A DNA stretch of 63,071 nucleotides, the filler included, from Reticulomyxa filosa (taxonomy: Eukaryota > Protista > Foraminifera): the NCBI GenBank assembly GCA_000512085.1. It is 19 parts of 19 records of this genome, joined end to end, with 100 filler letters (N's around TTAATTAATTAA, not from the genome) between each part and the next. Parts side by side here need not be neighbours in the genome. Positions count along the whole stretch, not along the records: positions 1 to 3,073 come from ASPP01029607.1; positions 3,174 to 5,402 come from ASPP01028793.1; positions 5,503 to 12,943 come from ASPP01038346.1; 16 more parts are not named here. One strand, 5' to 3'. Shown here one piece after another: positions 1 to 11,463 of the stretch (position 1 is the stretch's first letter; every line of letters starts with the position of its first letter). The notes beneath the pieces are model-generated. The model ran no database searches. It was not told the origin of the DNA and saw nothing but the letters and a program-made list of their open reading frames with translations. Position numbers and translations under genes: made by a program.

Positions 1-50
1 GGATTTCAAAAGATACACCAAAAACACACTTTTGTAGAACTTGGAAAACA

Positions 51-164
51 AAAAAAAAGCAAAGGAAGACAAAAGCAAAAAGAAAGAGTCAGCTCGGGCG
101 GCGCCTGAAGGCGCCGCCTGACCTGATTCTTTCTTTTTCGCTTTTCCCTTCCTTTGCTTTTTTT
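51..164. repeat. Long imperfect palindrome (about 55 bp stem), copy 1
   Basis: The left arm aaaaaagcaaaggaagacaaaagcaaaaagaaagagtcagctcgggcggcgcct pairs with aggcgccgcctgacctgattctttctttttcgcttttcccttcctttgctttttt. A related copy lies at 1741-1863. Confidence 0.85.
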
Positions 165-1271
165 TAAAATTTGTTTTTATGCACGTTTCTCAGACAAACA
201 CAAGGAAAGGTAGACAGCTTCAATGTATTAATTGCACATTGTAAGACTTGCAAATATAACTCTACTAAATGTGGAAAACGTGTGTGTGTTGTTTTGCGAT
301 CTGATTTTTCATTATTTTAACTATCACTCGTGTTCATATCAGACTTGAAAGTTAGTCAACATACCTGCAGATACGGACAAATTGCAAGCGTATTTTTTAC
401 AAAAATTTTATTTCAAAAGCATTAAAATAGTAATACATTATTTTGAATAATGAATAATTTGTATGTAAACAACAAGCGAGCAACGTTAGCGAGAAGAATT
501 TTGTTTGTCAGACGAAGCAAATTTCGACTAATAAGTTCCATCAATTCATAGGAGGGAAAAGATCTAATGAGGCCATTTGCAACAGTTTGTTAAAATTACA
601 GCTGATGGCCTTTTTTTTCTTGTCTGCAAAGCAAAAACATACCTCCAAAGAAAATAGTTGCAATATCCAACAAGTGTATTGTTTGTCAAATTAATTTTTC
701 AAAGTTTGTACAACAATTTGCAATCCAAATGCAATCACTTAAGTGAAAATGTTGATATAATATTTGAAGACACGATATGTCATTTACAACAATTTGGATT
801 GAAATAAAAGGTGACAATATTTGGTATTACCCAAATCGGAACTCATATAACACGAAACAATGAATTACGAAAGTAAATTTAATCTGATACCTAAGAAGCT
901 ACGACAAAAAAATAAAAAAATTAAACAAATTGAAGATATTGTATCATAATAATATTCATAAACATACATATCCACATCAATCACATCAAATTCGTGAAAT
1001 TTCATTGCGTGGCAAATCATGTAATAGTCAATTCAGTTGTGATCAAATTGCATTTAAACATTTCAACCAAATCATTTTTTGCAAAGCGCTATCAAAACAC
1101 TTCACTTCCATAAAGAAAAAAAAATAAAATTATCAAAAATTGAAAGGAGTAAAATTTAAAAATATTGAAAACAATCAAATCAAAATTTTTTAGTCATGTA
1201 AAAAATATTTCCAAAAAAAAAATCATTTTCTTAATGTTATCATTCAGATTTTTAATGAAAAAAAAGTTATC

Positions 1272-1348
1272 TGGCCGAAACGCAAGCCTGCCCCACCGTC
1301 TTAAGGTCAGCCATACCGTTAAGTATAACCAGACAAGCCCCGGTAAGT
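1272..1348 (-). ncRNA. Candidate structured RNA (GC-rich island, unassigned family)
   Basis: The minus strand folds into nested stems with many G-U pairs (CCGGGG/TTTCGG, GGCTTGT/GCAGGCT, GGTTATAC/GTATGGCT, CCTTA/TGGGG). I recognise no family motif. Confidence 0.25.
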
Positions 1349-1740
1349 TCCAAATAACACTTTAGTTGTATCTACCTTGAGGTAGTACTGAAGTCTATTA
1401 ATTCACTGCTCCCTTACCTTATACAAATTTTCATGTATCACACTTTTTTAAATTTTTTTAACACAAAAGAAACTCATCAATTTTGTTTAATTTCGTCTAA
1501 TTACATCTAATTTTGTCTTCTTTTTTTTTTCCAAAATATATTTCCAAGCATTTTTTTCTTAAATCTTCTTTTTATACTATATAAAGATCATTCAAAAGAT
1601 CTAAAAAAAGTTATGTAAATCTTCAAAAGAAAACAGAAACAACATATCCAACAACAAGAAAACAATACAATACAACAAAACAACAAAACAATTAAACAAG
1701 AAAAGAAAAAAACAAAACAACAAAAGAATAACAAGCACTT

Positions 1741-1863
1741 AAAAAAAACAAAGGAAGACAAAAGCAAAAAGAAAATGTTAAATTTGGCGGCACCACGATG
1801 TTCCTGAAGGCGCCACCTTATTTAACTTTTTCTTTTTCGCTTTTTCCTTCCTTTGCTTTTTTT
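1741..1863. repeat. Long imperfect palindrome, copy 2
   Basis: Outer arms are the same as in 51-164 (caaaggaagacaaaagcaaaaagaaa ... tttctttttcgctttttccttcctttgc). The inner stem differs (gttaaat/atttaac). Confidence 0.8.
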
Positions 1864-3920
1864 AAAATTTGCTTTGATAAACATTTTTTTTTTAATATGT
1901 CATTAACTCCTACAAATTTTACATTTATTTTTATGTTTTAACTTCGTTTAATATCTTTTTAAAAATTTGCTTATTGCATAAATTGTGTTATTTTTGAATC
2001 ATTTTTTTTTATGAACTTTTCCATTTGTGAACTTCCTCCTATTGTCGAAAAAACTTTATTCGTATTTTTTTTAATTTTATCCATTATCACATACTATTCT
2101 ACTTTTCAAAATTTTTACAGTATGATTGCAGCATATGCTTAGTACTAGCTATCTCCTTTTTTTTTATTAATACATTTATTATGTCCATTTTAAGTCAAAT
2201 CTTCATCCAATCAAATGTACGCATGTGTTGTCTTCACTCAACACTGTCGCATATTTCAAAATTTTATCTATTATAGCATTTCGAACATTTCTCATCTGTT
2301 TTCACGAATGTAATACTTCAATATGATCCTGTGGACATATTTTTCACGATCAATCCATTCAATTATCATCTGCTTTACTTGATATACTTCTTCGTTCTGG
2401 ATAAAAAAAAGTCTAAAGCAAAGAGTTCTGCTGAAGTCTGAGTAAAAAAGCGTGTGCAATTCAATTATTTATTCTCTTTTGTATCTATTGAAGATTTCAC
2501 GACTGAATTGCTCTGCTGACAATAATTGTTTATTCCTGCAGTTTTGTTAAAAACAATTGAAAAAGAAAGATTGAATCACTTGAAAGAACAATCAACAAGC
2601 TATTCAAATCTTGGCTTCAATAAATTAACCTGTTTACAAAGTACCCTCTTAAAAAAATGAAAATAATAAAGTGACAACGAATTTAAAATAGACATTTACA
2701 AAGAATACTTGTATTCAAGGGATAGCTGCAATAGAAATATGACACCTTAAACACGAAATCAATGTAATTTGAAGATCCACAAACATTAACAAAGTATTGT
2801 AAAATGGAGATTGAATTTTTGCTATTGTTTCATTTGCCTTTGTCAAAAATAAAAAATAAATAAACAAAGCTGTCCAATAATTTTAACCACTTTATAAAAA
2901 TAGAGTTTCGTATTATCCATTTTTAACAAAATTTTTTTTTGCATTTAGATTTCCAAATTTATTTCATATACTGTATTTGATAATAATTTGATCAAAATCA
3001 TCGATCCATCCTAATTTTATCTTTACATTTCGAACAAAATATTGAATAATAATTTGTATTTCTTTTTTTGACTNNNNNNNNNNNNNNNNNNNNNNNNNNN
3101 NNNNNNNNNNNNNNNNNTTAATTAATTAANNNNNNNNNNNNNNNNNNNNNNNNNNNNNNNNNNNNNNNNNNNNTAATTGAAACAGTTTCTGCTGTGAGAC
3201 ACCTTACTTTTACTCTTATACGAATCTTTTGACTAAACAAATTGAGAAACAAAAAAACAAAAATTGAACGGTTAACTTAGCATTGTATGCAAAGATTTTT
3301 GAATAACCACTTTTTAGTGGGCTTTATGTTTCTAAAATGAAGCACTTCTTTCAGTTCTCTTTTAAAGTTTGTACGCTACACCACCCTGTCGAACTTGGGG
3401 TAGTGCTTGGACGTTAGTTTTGCCAATAAGCCTCGTGTCGACACGTGTTTTTGTGAGCTGTGAACAAAAGCAAGAAAGTTTCTTGTTTTGCTTTTGCGAA
3501 CTGAATTAAACAAGTTTGCTTCAAAAGGAAAGGTCCACAGCTGAGGTCGCCAAACGCACGAGGAAGTTCTTAGACTTTAAGGCTTTCAAACAAAGTAACT
3601 ACTTGTTCATTATGTCTGGAGCTCAATGCGATTGTTAGCCTAACAAGGGCGTTTTTCTCATGTTGCATTTTGCTTGCAAATTTAACCATATTCTCCTTTT
3701 GCAATAAAAATGGTTCGTCAAGCACTTCTCAGCATTTAGTTTTGGTTTTACGCGAACTACAAAAGAAAAAAGGATGAAAACTGGCAAACACTGATTGAGT
3801 ATTGTGGGCGTTGTTTGTGCTGGAACTAGCCAAAAGAAACAACAAAACTACGAAAAAACCACCAAAAAAATACTGATAAAATATTTAGGTGTAGTGTATA
3901 AACAATGCACCTAATACATT

Positions 3921-4070
3921 TTCAAGAAAAGTTCGCAAAAAGCCGCATATAGTCGAGCCACGGTGAGAGATCCCATCATTTACTCTCCCGACCAAATGGA
4001 TAGTTGTACTCCCACCCCCTTCAAGATACTCGGCTAATGCGCCTTTTGCGAACCTTTCTTTTTTCTTGAA
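3921..4070. repeat. Imperfect inverted repeat enclosing an internal hairpin, upstream of the NAC beta gene
   Basis: ttcaagaaaa/ttttcttgaa, gttcgcaaaa/ttttgcgaac and cgcat-a-tagtcgag/ctcggcta-atgcg pair. An inner hairpin is formed by cgg-t-gagag/ctctc-ccg. Confidence 0.6.
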
Positions 4071-4303
4071 TTACGATTTTGACAAAATTGAAAATGTTTT
4101 TGTGTTTGTTTCTTAAGACGATTTCAATTGCTTGGTTTATTTTTTCAAAAAAGATTGAAATAATTTGCACAATTTTTGTTAGTCTTTTAAAGCTTAAGAA
4201 GAACCAAGGTCTCCCCCTCTAAAAAAAAACAAAAACAAAAATCTATTATTCAATTTGGAAACCTACCCTTGAAATTGTTGTAATCGTAGCAAATTAACGA
4301 AGC

Positions 4304-5348
4304 ATGCCGTTGACTCAAACTGAAATCCAAGAGCGTTTACGACAAAAATTTGGAGAGCGTTCAGCCCGAACAGGTGGAAAGGGCGCAGCTCGTCGCAAAT
4401 ATAAAGCGGTGTCAAAAACAGCAACACAAGACGATAAACGTTTAAACTCGCAATTAAAAAGATTAAACGTGTCACAAATCCCAGCTATTGAAGAAGTGAA
4501 CTTGTTCAAAGACGATGGCACTGTTGTTCATTTCTCAAAGCCGAAAGGTTTCTTGTTCACTTAAAAAAAAAATTTCTTTTTTTGTTCTCAGACGCAACAT
4601 CGCAAAAAAAAAAAAAATCAAAATAATGATAATTTTCCCTCTTTTTCTTGAACTTTATTACTCTCCCTTTTTTAAAAAAAAAAGTTACCCCCTTTTTCTT
4701 GGTTCCAAAAAAAAAAACGTTCCCATTAAAAAAAAGTTTTTTTCCAAATGTTTGTTTTTTTTTTTTGTAATTAAAAAAAAAATAGTCCAAGCAGAAATAG
4801 GATCAAATACCTATATAATCCAAGGTCCTCATGCCACCAAAAATTTGCAGGAAATGTTTCCGGATATCTTGCCACATTTGGGCGGAGAGTCAATTGAAAA
4901 ACTTAAAGTTTAAAAAAAAAAAAAAGATGAACAATGGCAATAAATAAATAAAAAGAATAAAGAAAAAAAGAAAGTATTGTTTATTTGTTTTGTTATTGTT
5001 ATTATTATGAGTAAAATGATTTGGTCGATAGTTTGAGTTGTTGTGAATATTGTGTGTAGAACTTGGCCCAAGTGTTGAAGCAAGCCAACTTTGGCGGAGA
5101 CGATGTCCCCAAATTGGTGAATGAAAACTTTGAGGAAGTGGCGAAAAGTGACGAAAAAACAGAAGCCCCTGCTCAAGAGAAGACACAAGAAAACAAAGAC
5201 GCTAATGCTGCTGCCCCATCTGTCGACGCAAATGCTGCTGCTGCTCCATCTGCCGACGCAAATGCCAGTGCCACTACTACCACCTCTACTGCCACCACTG
5301 CTCCTTCTAGCACTGACGCCAACACAACCACCACTGCGGCTGCAACAG
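4304..5348 (+). CDS. BTF3: Nascent polypeptide-associated complex subunit beta (BTF3/EGD1), 3' partial; exons 4304-4547, 4786-4907, 5060-5348
   Basis: Hallmark motifs [63 protein letters not shown] and [19 protein letters not shown] introns keep the frame. Confidence 0.93.
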
Positions 5349-5627
5349 GTTTCTCTTTTTATCTTTTGTCATACATATATATGTATATATATGTATATAT
5401 ATNNNNNNNNNNNNNNNNNNNNNNNNNNNNNNNNNNNNNNNNNNNNTTAATTAATTAANNNNNNNNNNNNNNNNNNNNNNNNNNNNNNNNNNNNNNNNNN
5501 NNTATGCTTTTTAACATTTCAAATTTCTCCTCCCTTTTTTTTTTTTTTTTTTTTTTTTTTGGGGCAAAAAAAAAAAAAAAAAAAAAAAAAAGGTGTTATT
5601 TACATGTATATATGTACATATATAAAG

Positions 5628-6568
5628 GTAACTTTGAAAGAAGAATTCAGTATCCGATGTCCAAACATTGGGGGTTGAATGTATTAAACTCGATTTGGAT
5701 TGTCAATTTGGACCTGTTTGTCTTTCAATATGTTATTCCGGTGTACTCTATGAAAGCTGCACGTTTGTTGGCAAGGTTAAAATAATAACCTTTTTTTTTT
5801 ACACCACACGCATATACGCACAACGAGTTACCAATTGTACATTGACAATGTGAAAGAGGAAAGCAAATAATTGGTTTAATTTATGTACATATGCATGTGT
5901 TTTAATGTTTGTGGGGCTTGAACTATGGACAAACAAATGGGTGGGTTGCAAATACAATGACGACGATTAGCATACTCACGTACAAACGCGATTTTTTGAG
6001 TGTTGCTAAGATATTGATATACCCCTGCGGCTTCATGTCGTTGATCGCACTGTTCTACTCGTTCACGGAAGACTTTCGTGTACATACTTTGATTTTATCA
6101 ATTTGGGGATTCTATCAAACGTTCTTATTGTGGCAAGCCATTCGTCAAAATTGTACTCGTATGCTACCTTTATTCCAATTACTGCAAGGAGGACTGCGTG
6201 CTGAAGCGCACAGGCGCCGCCACTCTTCGCACATCCGTGATATGACCAAAACTTTGGGACCCCCCCAGGACAAGGTGGAATCCAATGCAAAAATAAGTGA
6301 TAACAATACCGCCAATACCGATACCAATACTAATAATATCAATAGCAATGACACAAATGCTAGCGATAATAATAACAACAATAACAGTGATAATGCCAAT
6401 AGCAAAACTAGTGATAATCCGAATGAAAATGGTGTGTCTGTCAATGTTAACGATAATGCAATAGAACTGCAGCCCTCGACACATGACGTTAACCACGTCC
6501 AGCAGAGTAATGAGAATACCAATCAGAATGGCGCTGATGAAATTATTCTCTCTGAGACTCCATTGTGA
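5628..6568 (+). CDS. Hypothetical multi-pass membrane protein with Asn-rich C-terminal tail, 5' partial
   Basis: Hydrophobic segments in ORFs 5504-5785 and 5909-6568 and a poly-N tail. Splice structure around 5776-5990 is unresolved. Confidence 0.45.
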
Positions 6569-7176
6569 CATTTTATTTTGCTGAAAATTTTTCTTTTTTT
6601 TTCCTTTGTAATTGAGAAAGGACATATTTTTGTGTATTTGAAGAGCTACCGAAGTTGGTTGTGGCAATAGTTTGTTTGTAAGATATCCAACTATAAAAAT
6701 ATTTCGTGCCTTCATGTAAATTCAGCATAATTCAGCATAAAAAGAACCTTTTAACTCCAAAAAAAAAAAAGAACCGAGTGTTCAGTATTTAAGTGTTTTT
6801 AATTGCTTTATAACAAAAATATTGATACAATGTGATTAAATGACATCTATTCATCGTTCGAATGTTCTGAAACTGTACAACACAAACGATAGAAATTTTT
6901 GTACGAAAATTTAAAAGAAAAACGGGGAGGGAAGGGAAACAAAGCAAATTTTGATGAGGTTTGGAAAAAGCACTTCTCAAAAACAATTCACCACCCAAAC
7001 TTCCACTCCAAAGAAAATAAAAGATAAAACAAAGAGGGACAAGAAAACACTTACAAGATTTCAGACTTGTCGTGAACACATAGAAAAAAAGACTCATCAA
7101 GGGCACGTTAAGACTGAAATTATTTTTTTGTTGTCTGTGTTTTTTCGTGCCAATTGTTACTGAATTCAAAGGACGA

Positions 7177-10100
7177 CTATTTCGTGCTGTCATCCAACAA
7201 CAAAAGAGTAATTTCTTTACATTTGTCATTTTGAAGTAAACCATTGATTATACGACTATTCACACATACACAGCATTATATTTATAAATGAAAAGTTTTA
7301 ATTTATCTTATCAGGTTTTTGTTTTGTTGAAATGTGATAACTTTAAACGGTTGATTTCATTGCTTGTACATTGAATTAAGTGCACCTTTGAAACGATGGT
7401 TTGATTTAATTGGTCTTTCAGCTCATTTACGCGTGTAAGTATTTGGTCTATTTCTTTTTTATTACTTTCCAACAATAGATTCTTTTCTTTTTGAAGTTTT
7501 TCTTCAAATTTTTTTTCCAATTGCTGCCCCAATTTTTGTTGTGATTGTTGGGCTTCTTGTTTGTTTTCTTGTAATTGTTTTTCTATATCTTTCTTTTGTT
7601 GTTCGATTGCATTCCTTTGCTGCTCAATTGCATTCTTTTGATTCTCAATTGCATTCTTTTGGTGTTCGATTGTGTTCTTTTGCTGCTCAATTTCACTTTT
7701 TTGTTGTTCTGCTATTCTCTTTTGTTGTTCCACTTCTCTCTTTTGTTTTTCCGCTTCCTTCTTTTCTTCGTCCAATTTTGTCAATTTTTCTTTTAAAATT
7801 TTCAATTCCTCTTCTGCTGCCTATTGTTTCATTACCCACGCTGACTTGTTCAAAGCCACTATTGACAAAAAAAACAAAGCAATGCGTTTGGCTCAACTGC
7901 AAGAAGAACCGCATGATCTTTGGCTGGCAAGTTCGTTGCGGGCATTGATGATTCACGACGGTCTTGTGTAATCTGTTTAATATAAAACAGCCATTCCCCC
8001 GTCAAACGAAGTTAACGTTTCGAAAGTGCGTTTCACGCATTTGGAATGAATTATAAGCAATCATATGTACATATATGTACAAATATATATTTATATATAC
8101 ATATATATAAAAGATTGATTTTTTTTTTTTTTAAATTAAATCGAAACAGTAAAATCTACTCACTTCAGTTTGTTCAGGGATAGCTGACTCTTTACCTTTC
8201 TGAATACTGGTTCTGTCCACCTGCCCGCAAGTAGAAATAAAAGCGTTAGGACAATGGAGGGGGGGGAGGGGAAAGAGAGAAACTGAAACAAACAAACAAA
8301 AAATAACTTTTCTACGGGCTTCATAGTCGTATTCGACATGTTGTGTTTTTTCAGTATCTTCATCAGACAGGTGTCCCTTATCACCAACCGCTTTCATCAA
8401 CGATTGCTTTCGTTGATGTTTTCTGCGTTGTTTGCGACTTTCGTCATCTTCACTGTCGTCCTCGTGCTCGGCTTTCAAAAAGGCCTTTGGCACAGCGACT
8501 GACTCTTTTCGAGCTTTCTTCGCTCTCTCCTCGCGAATGCGTTTGGCTTCCCCCGTGTTGGCACCATCGTGTTCAAACAGATTGGGTACCGCCCCTGACT
8601 CTTGCCGGCCGTGTTCCTTCTGGGCACGTTCTTGGCGTTTGGCCTTTGCCTCTTCTGTTTCGCTCGGGTCCTCATCAAATTGTTGGGATCCTCGGTGTTT
8701 GGCAGGCTTTAATATATAAGAGACATCACACATATCATCCCCATTACAAAAAAAAAAAAAGGAGGGAATTATTTCAATCAATCCATTTCAAAAAAAAGAT
8801 ATAAAAAAAAAAAAAAAAAAATACCTTTTCGTTATTGTCATTGGCTTGGTCGTCTTGAGCGGTAGCATTATCTCCAGTGTACCCATCATCAAAAAAGTTG
8901 AGAGGCACAACAGGGGTAATTTTTTTTGTGTGGGCTTGTTGTTGCCTTTCTTCACGTTTTTTCTTTGCATTTTCGTCCATAAATGTCTCTTCGTCCTCTT
9001 CCTCTTCAAAGTCCTCGTCCGCATGCTCTTCATCTTGGCCAAACATCTGTTGTGTCGTCATCATGCCGTTGGCGTTGCCTTGTTGCTCAAAGTTGCCATT
9101 CGCTTCGTCTTGCTCTTCCTCCTCTTCTTCTTCTTCTGCGTCTTCGCTCGTGAAAAAGTCTTTGGGTTTCGCCACTGATGATTGTCGTCGACGTTGTTGT
9201 CGTTCTTCTCTGTCCTCTCTTTTGCGTTGGGCCTGACCCATAAATATTGTATTTGTATACATTTATACTCAGATTTATGGTATATATAATTTATGTCAAA
9301 TAGTTGTGTCATATGATATGTATAGTGTACTAATATTATTATAAGTAAAGTATTTAAAAAGCCATCAACTTCAGCTGTCAAGGCCTCCGGATGGACACCG
9401 CTGTTCATCATAGGCGCCGCGTTGGCAGCTACTCCTTGTGCCGTCAGTTGGTTGATTGGTTGTGCAGCTATATTTTTCGATATTTTGCTGATATGCAATG
9501 CTTGGCGATTGATTTTGTCTTGCTGTTGTATGTTTTGTATTTTTTTTTTTTTTTAAAAAAATAATAAAAAAGACACTTTTCAATCACAAATATCTATTGC
9601 GTTCATTTTACTTTGCAATTTTCACATAAGTTACATAGAAAAGTGCGACAAAGAGTCTTTTCTCACACTCAATGCTCATACCAAATCATAGATTTCATTC
9701 CGCAATTGGAAATTTTCATCTCGAAGTTCATTCACCAATTCCTATTTGTTTATTTTATTGGACACGAGTCATTTGTCGTGTATGGACATATCACTGTCTT
9801 CTCGGACAGTTAAATAAAACAAGCTTTTTTTCTTCCTCCCCCCCCCCCTTTTCCTCAATGTTGATGGTGTTTATTCACCGTAGGTACATTAATAAAAGTA
9901 ATGTTTTTGTAATCTAAGCAAGCAAGTAAAATTATACAAACAAGACAATAATAACACAAACAAACAAAGTGAAAAGCAAAACTCTCAATTCGAAATTTTC
10001 CAAAATGGTTCTTTGCGCCAGAGCTTCTGCCTTTCGGCGCATTTCCTTGTCTTCAAGTTTGTCAGAAGGGATATTATCGCCAACTGACGTATCTTGTGGC

Positions 10101-10843
10101 AATATCTGCAGGTCAAAACGCATTACCAAGTTCTCTATTATGCTTTCCTTGTCTTGCATTAACGCTCGCATCCCATTCAAATGATCTTGCAAATACTTTA
10201 CCTGTTTTTTTTTTTTTTGTGATATATTCATATGTATGTATGTAGACACTGGTATATGTCATTCCTCCTTTTTTTTCCTTTTCCTTCTTTTACATCTTCT
10301 TTCTTTCTCTCTCTCTCTTTTACACAATTCAATGCATTTGGATCAATTGTGACATAGTTGTTTGCTTCAAACCATTCCATTAACAAAAAAAAAAAATAAT
10401 AAAGTACGTATACGTTGTTGATTTAAAAAACCCGAAATTTCAACACTTTCCTTTTTTTTTTTTTTGTTGCCCCTTCCCCCCCAATAATTTGCAGTAAAAC
10501 TAAAGAAGTTGAAAAAAAAAAAGATACTTCTTTGCAAAGCGTATACGTTAATAGAAGTGTGTCTTCTTTTTTTTTCTTTTCTCCCTCTTTTTCTGTTTTG
10601 TGGGTCTCTTACTTGCTCTCGATAAATTTCATTGGCTCTCTCCGCCAATTGTAATTTTCGTTCCACTGACATTTCTTGTTGGTTCATTGCACTACCATCG
10701 TCAGTGACCATGTCGTCCCCTGGGGTATTTCCATACTGTTCGCATTTTTGAGTGCACACACAACTTATGAAGCACTCTCAAAAAAAAGCAAAGCAAAAAA
10801 CACTAACTGGAGCATCTTCGTCTTCACCAAATGGATAATCCAT
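7177..10843 (-). CDS. Multi-exon coiled-coil, charged low-complexity protein
   Basis: ATG at 10843 (MDYPFGEDEDAP then a GT donor). Spliceable exons run through ORFs 10367-10759, 9932-10249, 9061-9498, 8774-9262, 8131-8781 and 7311-7805. C-terminal heptad repeats (IEQQKNA). The 3' end is tentative. Confidence 0.7.
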
Positions 10844-11463
10844 GTCTCACAAGAAAGATTTGTTCACAAAGACGAAAATTTACCAATGTTTATAGCAAAT
10901 CTTTTCCTTTACTATTCACCACTGGCTATTATTGTAATATAGCGTCAGTTTTACAAAACAAAACTCCAACCAAAACCCCCAACCCAAAGTGAAGAAGATC
11001 AAACGAAAATAAAGATAACAATGAATTCTCTTGTTATGGTTGGCAGGAAATACATGAGTATTGTTGAAATATCACAAAATCATTTTTTAAAAATTTCTTC
11101 TTACATAACATAAACAATCAAATAAATGAAATATTTAATTATGAATTCTTTATTTTCAAGTTATTTCATAGCTTGATCCAGTTTCATCTGGTTCTGTATT
11201 TGACAAAAATAAAAATTTTAAATTTTTGATATTGTAACTATTTCTTTTTCTACTCTTTTAAAAAATCAAAACTTATAAAAATAATTTGAATATCCTGGAC
11301 GAAGTTATTAACAAATTTCTTTTGTATCATTTAGTTATCGTCTAACTCACATAAATGAAAGTTCAAAGAACCACTTTGCATTTTGTCGCAATCGTTAAAT
11401 TTTCATACAAACATTGTTCAAGTAATATATCAGATTCTAGTTCCAACAAGCTGTTTTTATTTA

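Noticed and set aside
1335-1350. Minus-strand AACTTACCGG resembling the U1 snRNA 5' end, and plus-strand GGCCGAAAC resembling a hammerhead
   Set aside because: U1 loop motifs, the Sm site and the hammerhead CTGATGA core are absent.
3380-3670. Minus-strand frame with single TAA interruptions, suggesting stop-codon reassignment
   Set aside because: Well-supported genes here end in TAA, TAG and TGA and contain no internal stops, so the standard code fits.
4005-4022. CTCCCACCCCC resembling the 3' stem of plant-type telomerase RNA
   Set aside because: I found no telomere template and no matching G-rich 5' partner nearby.
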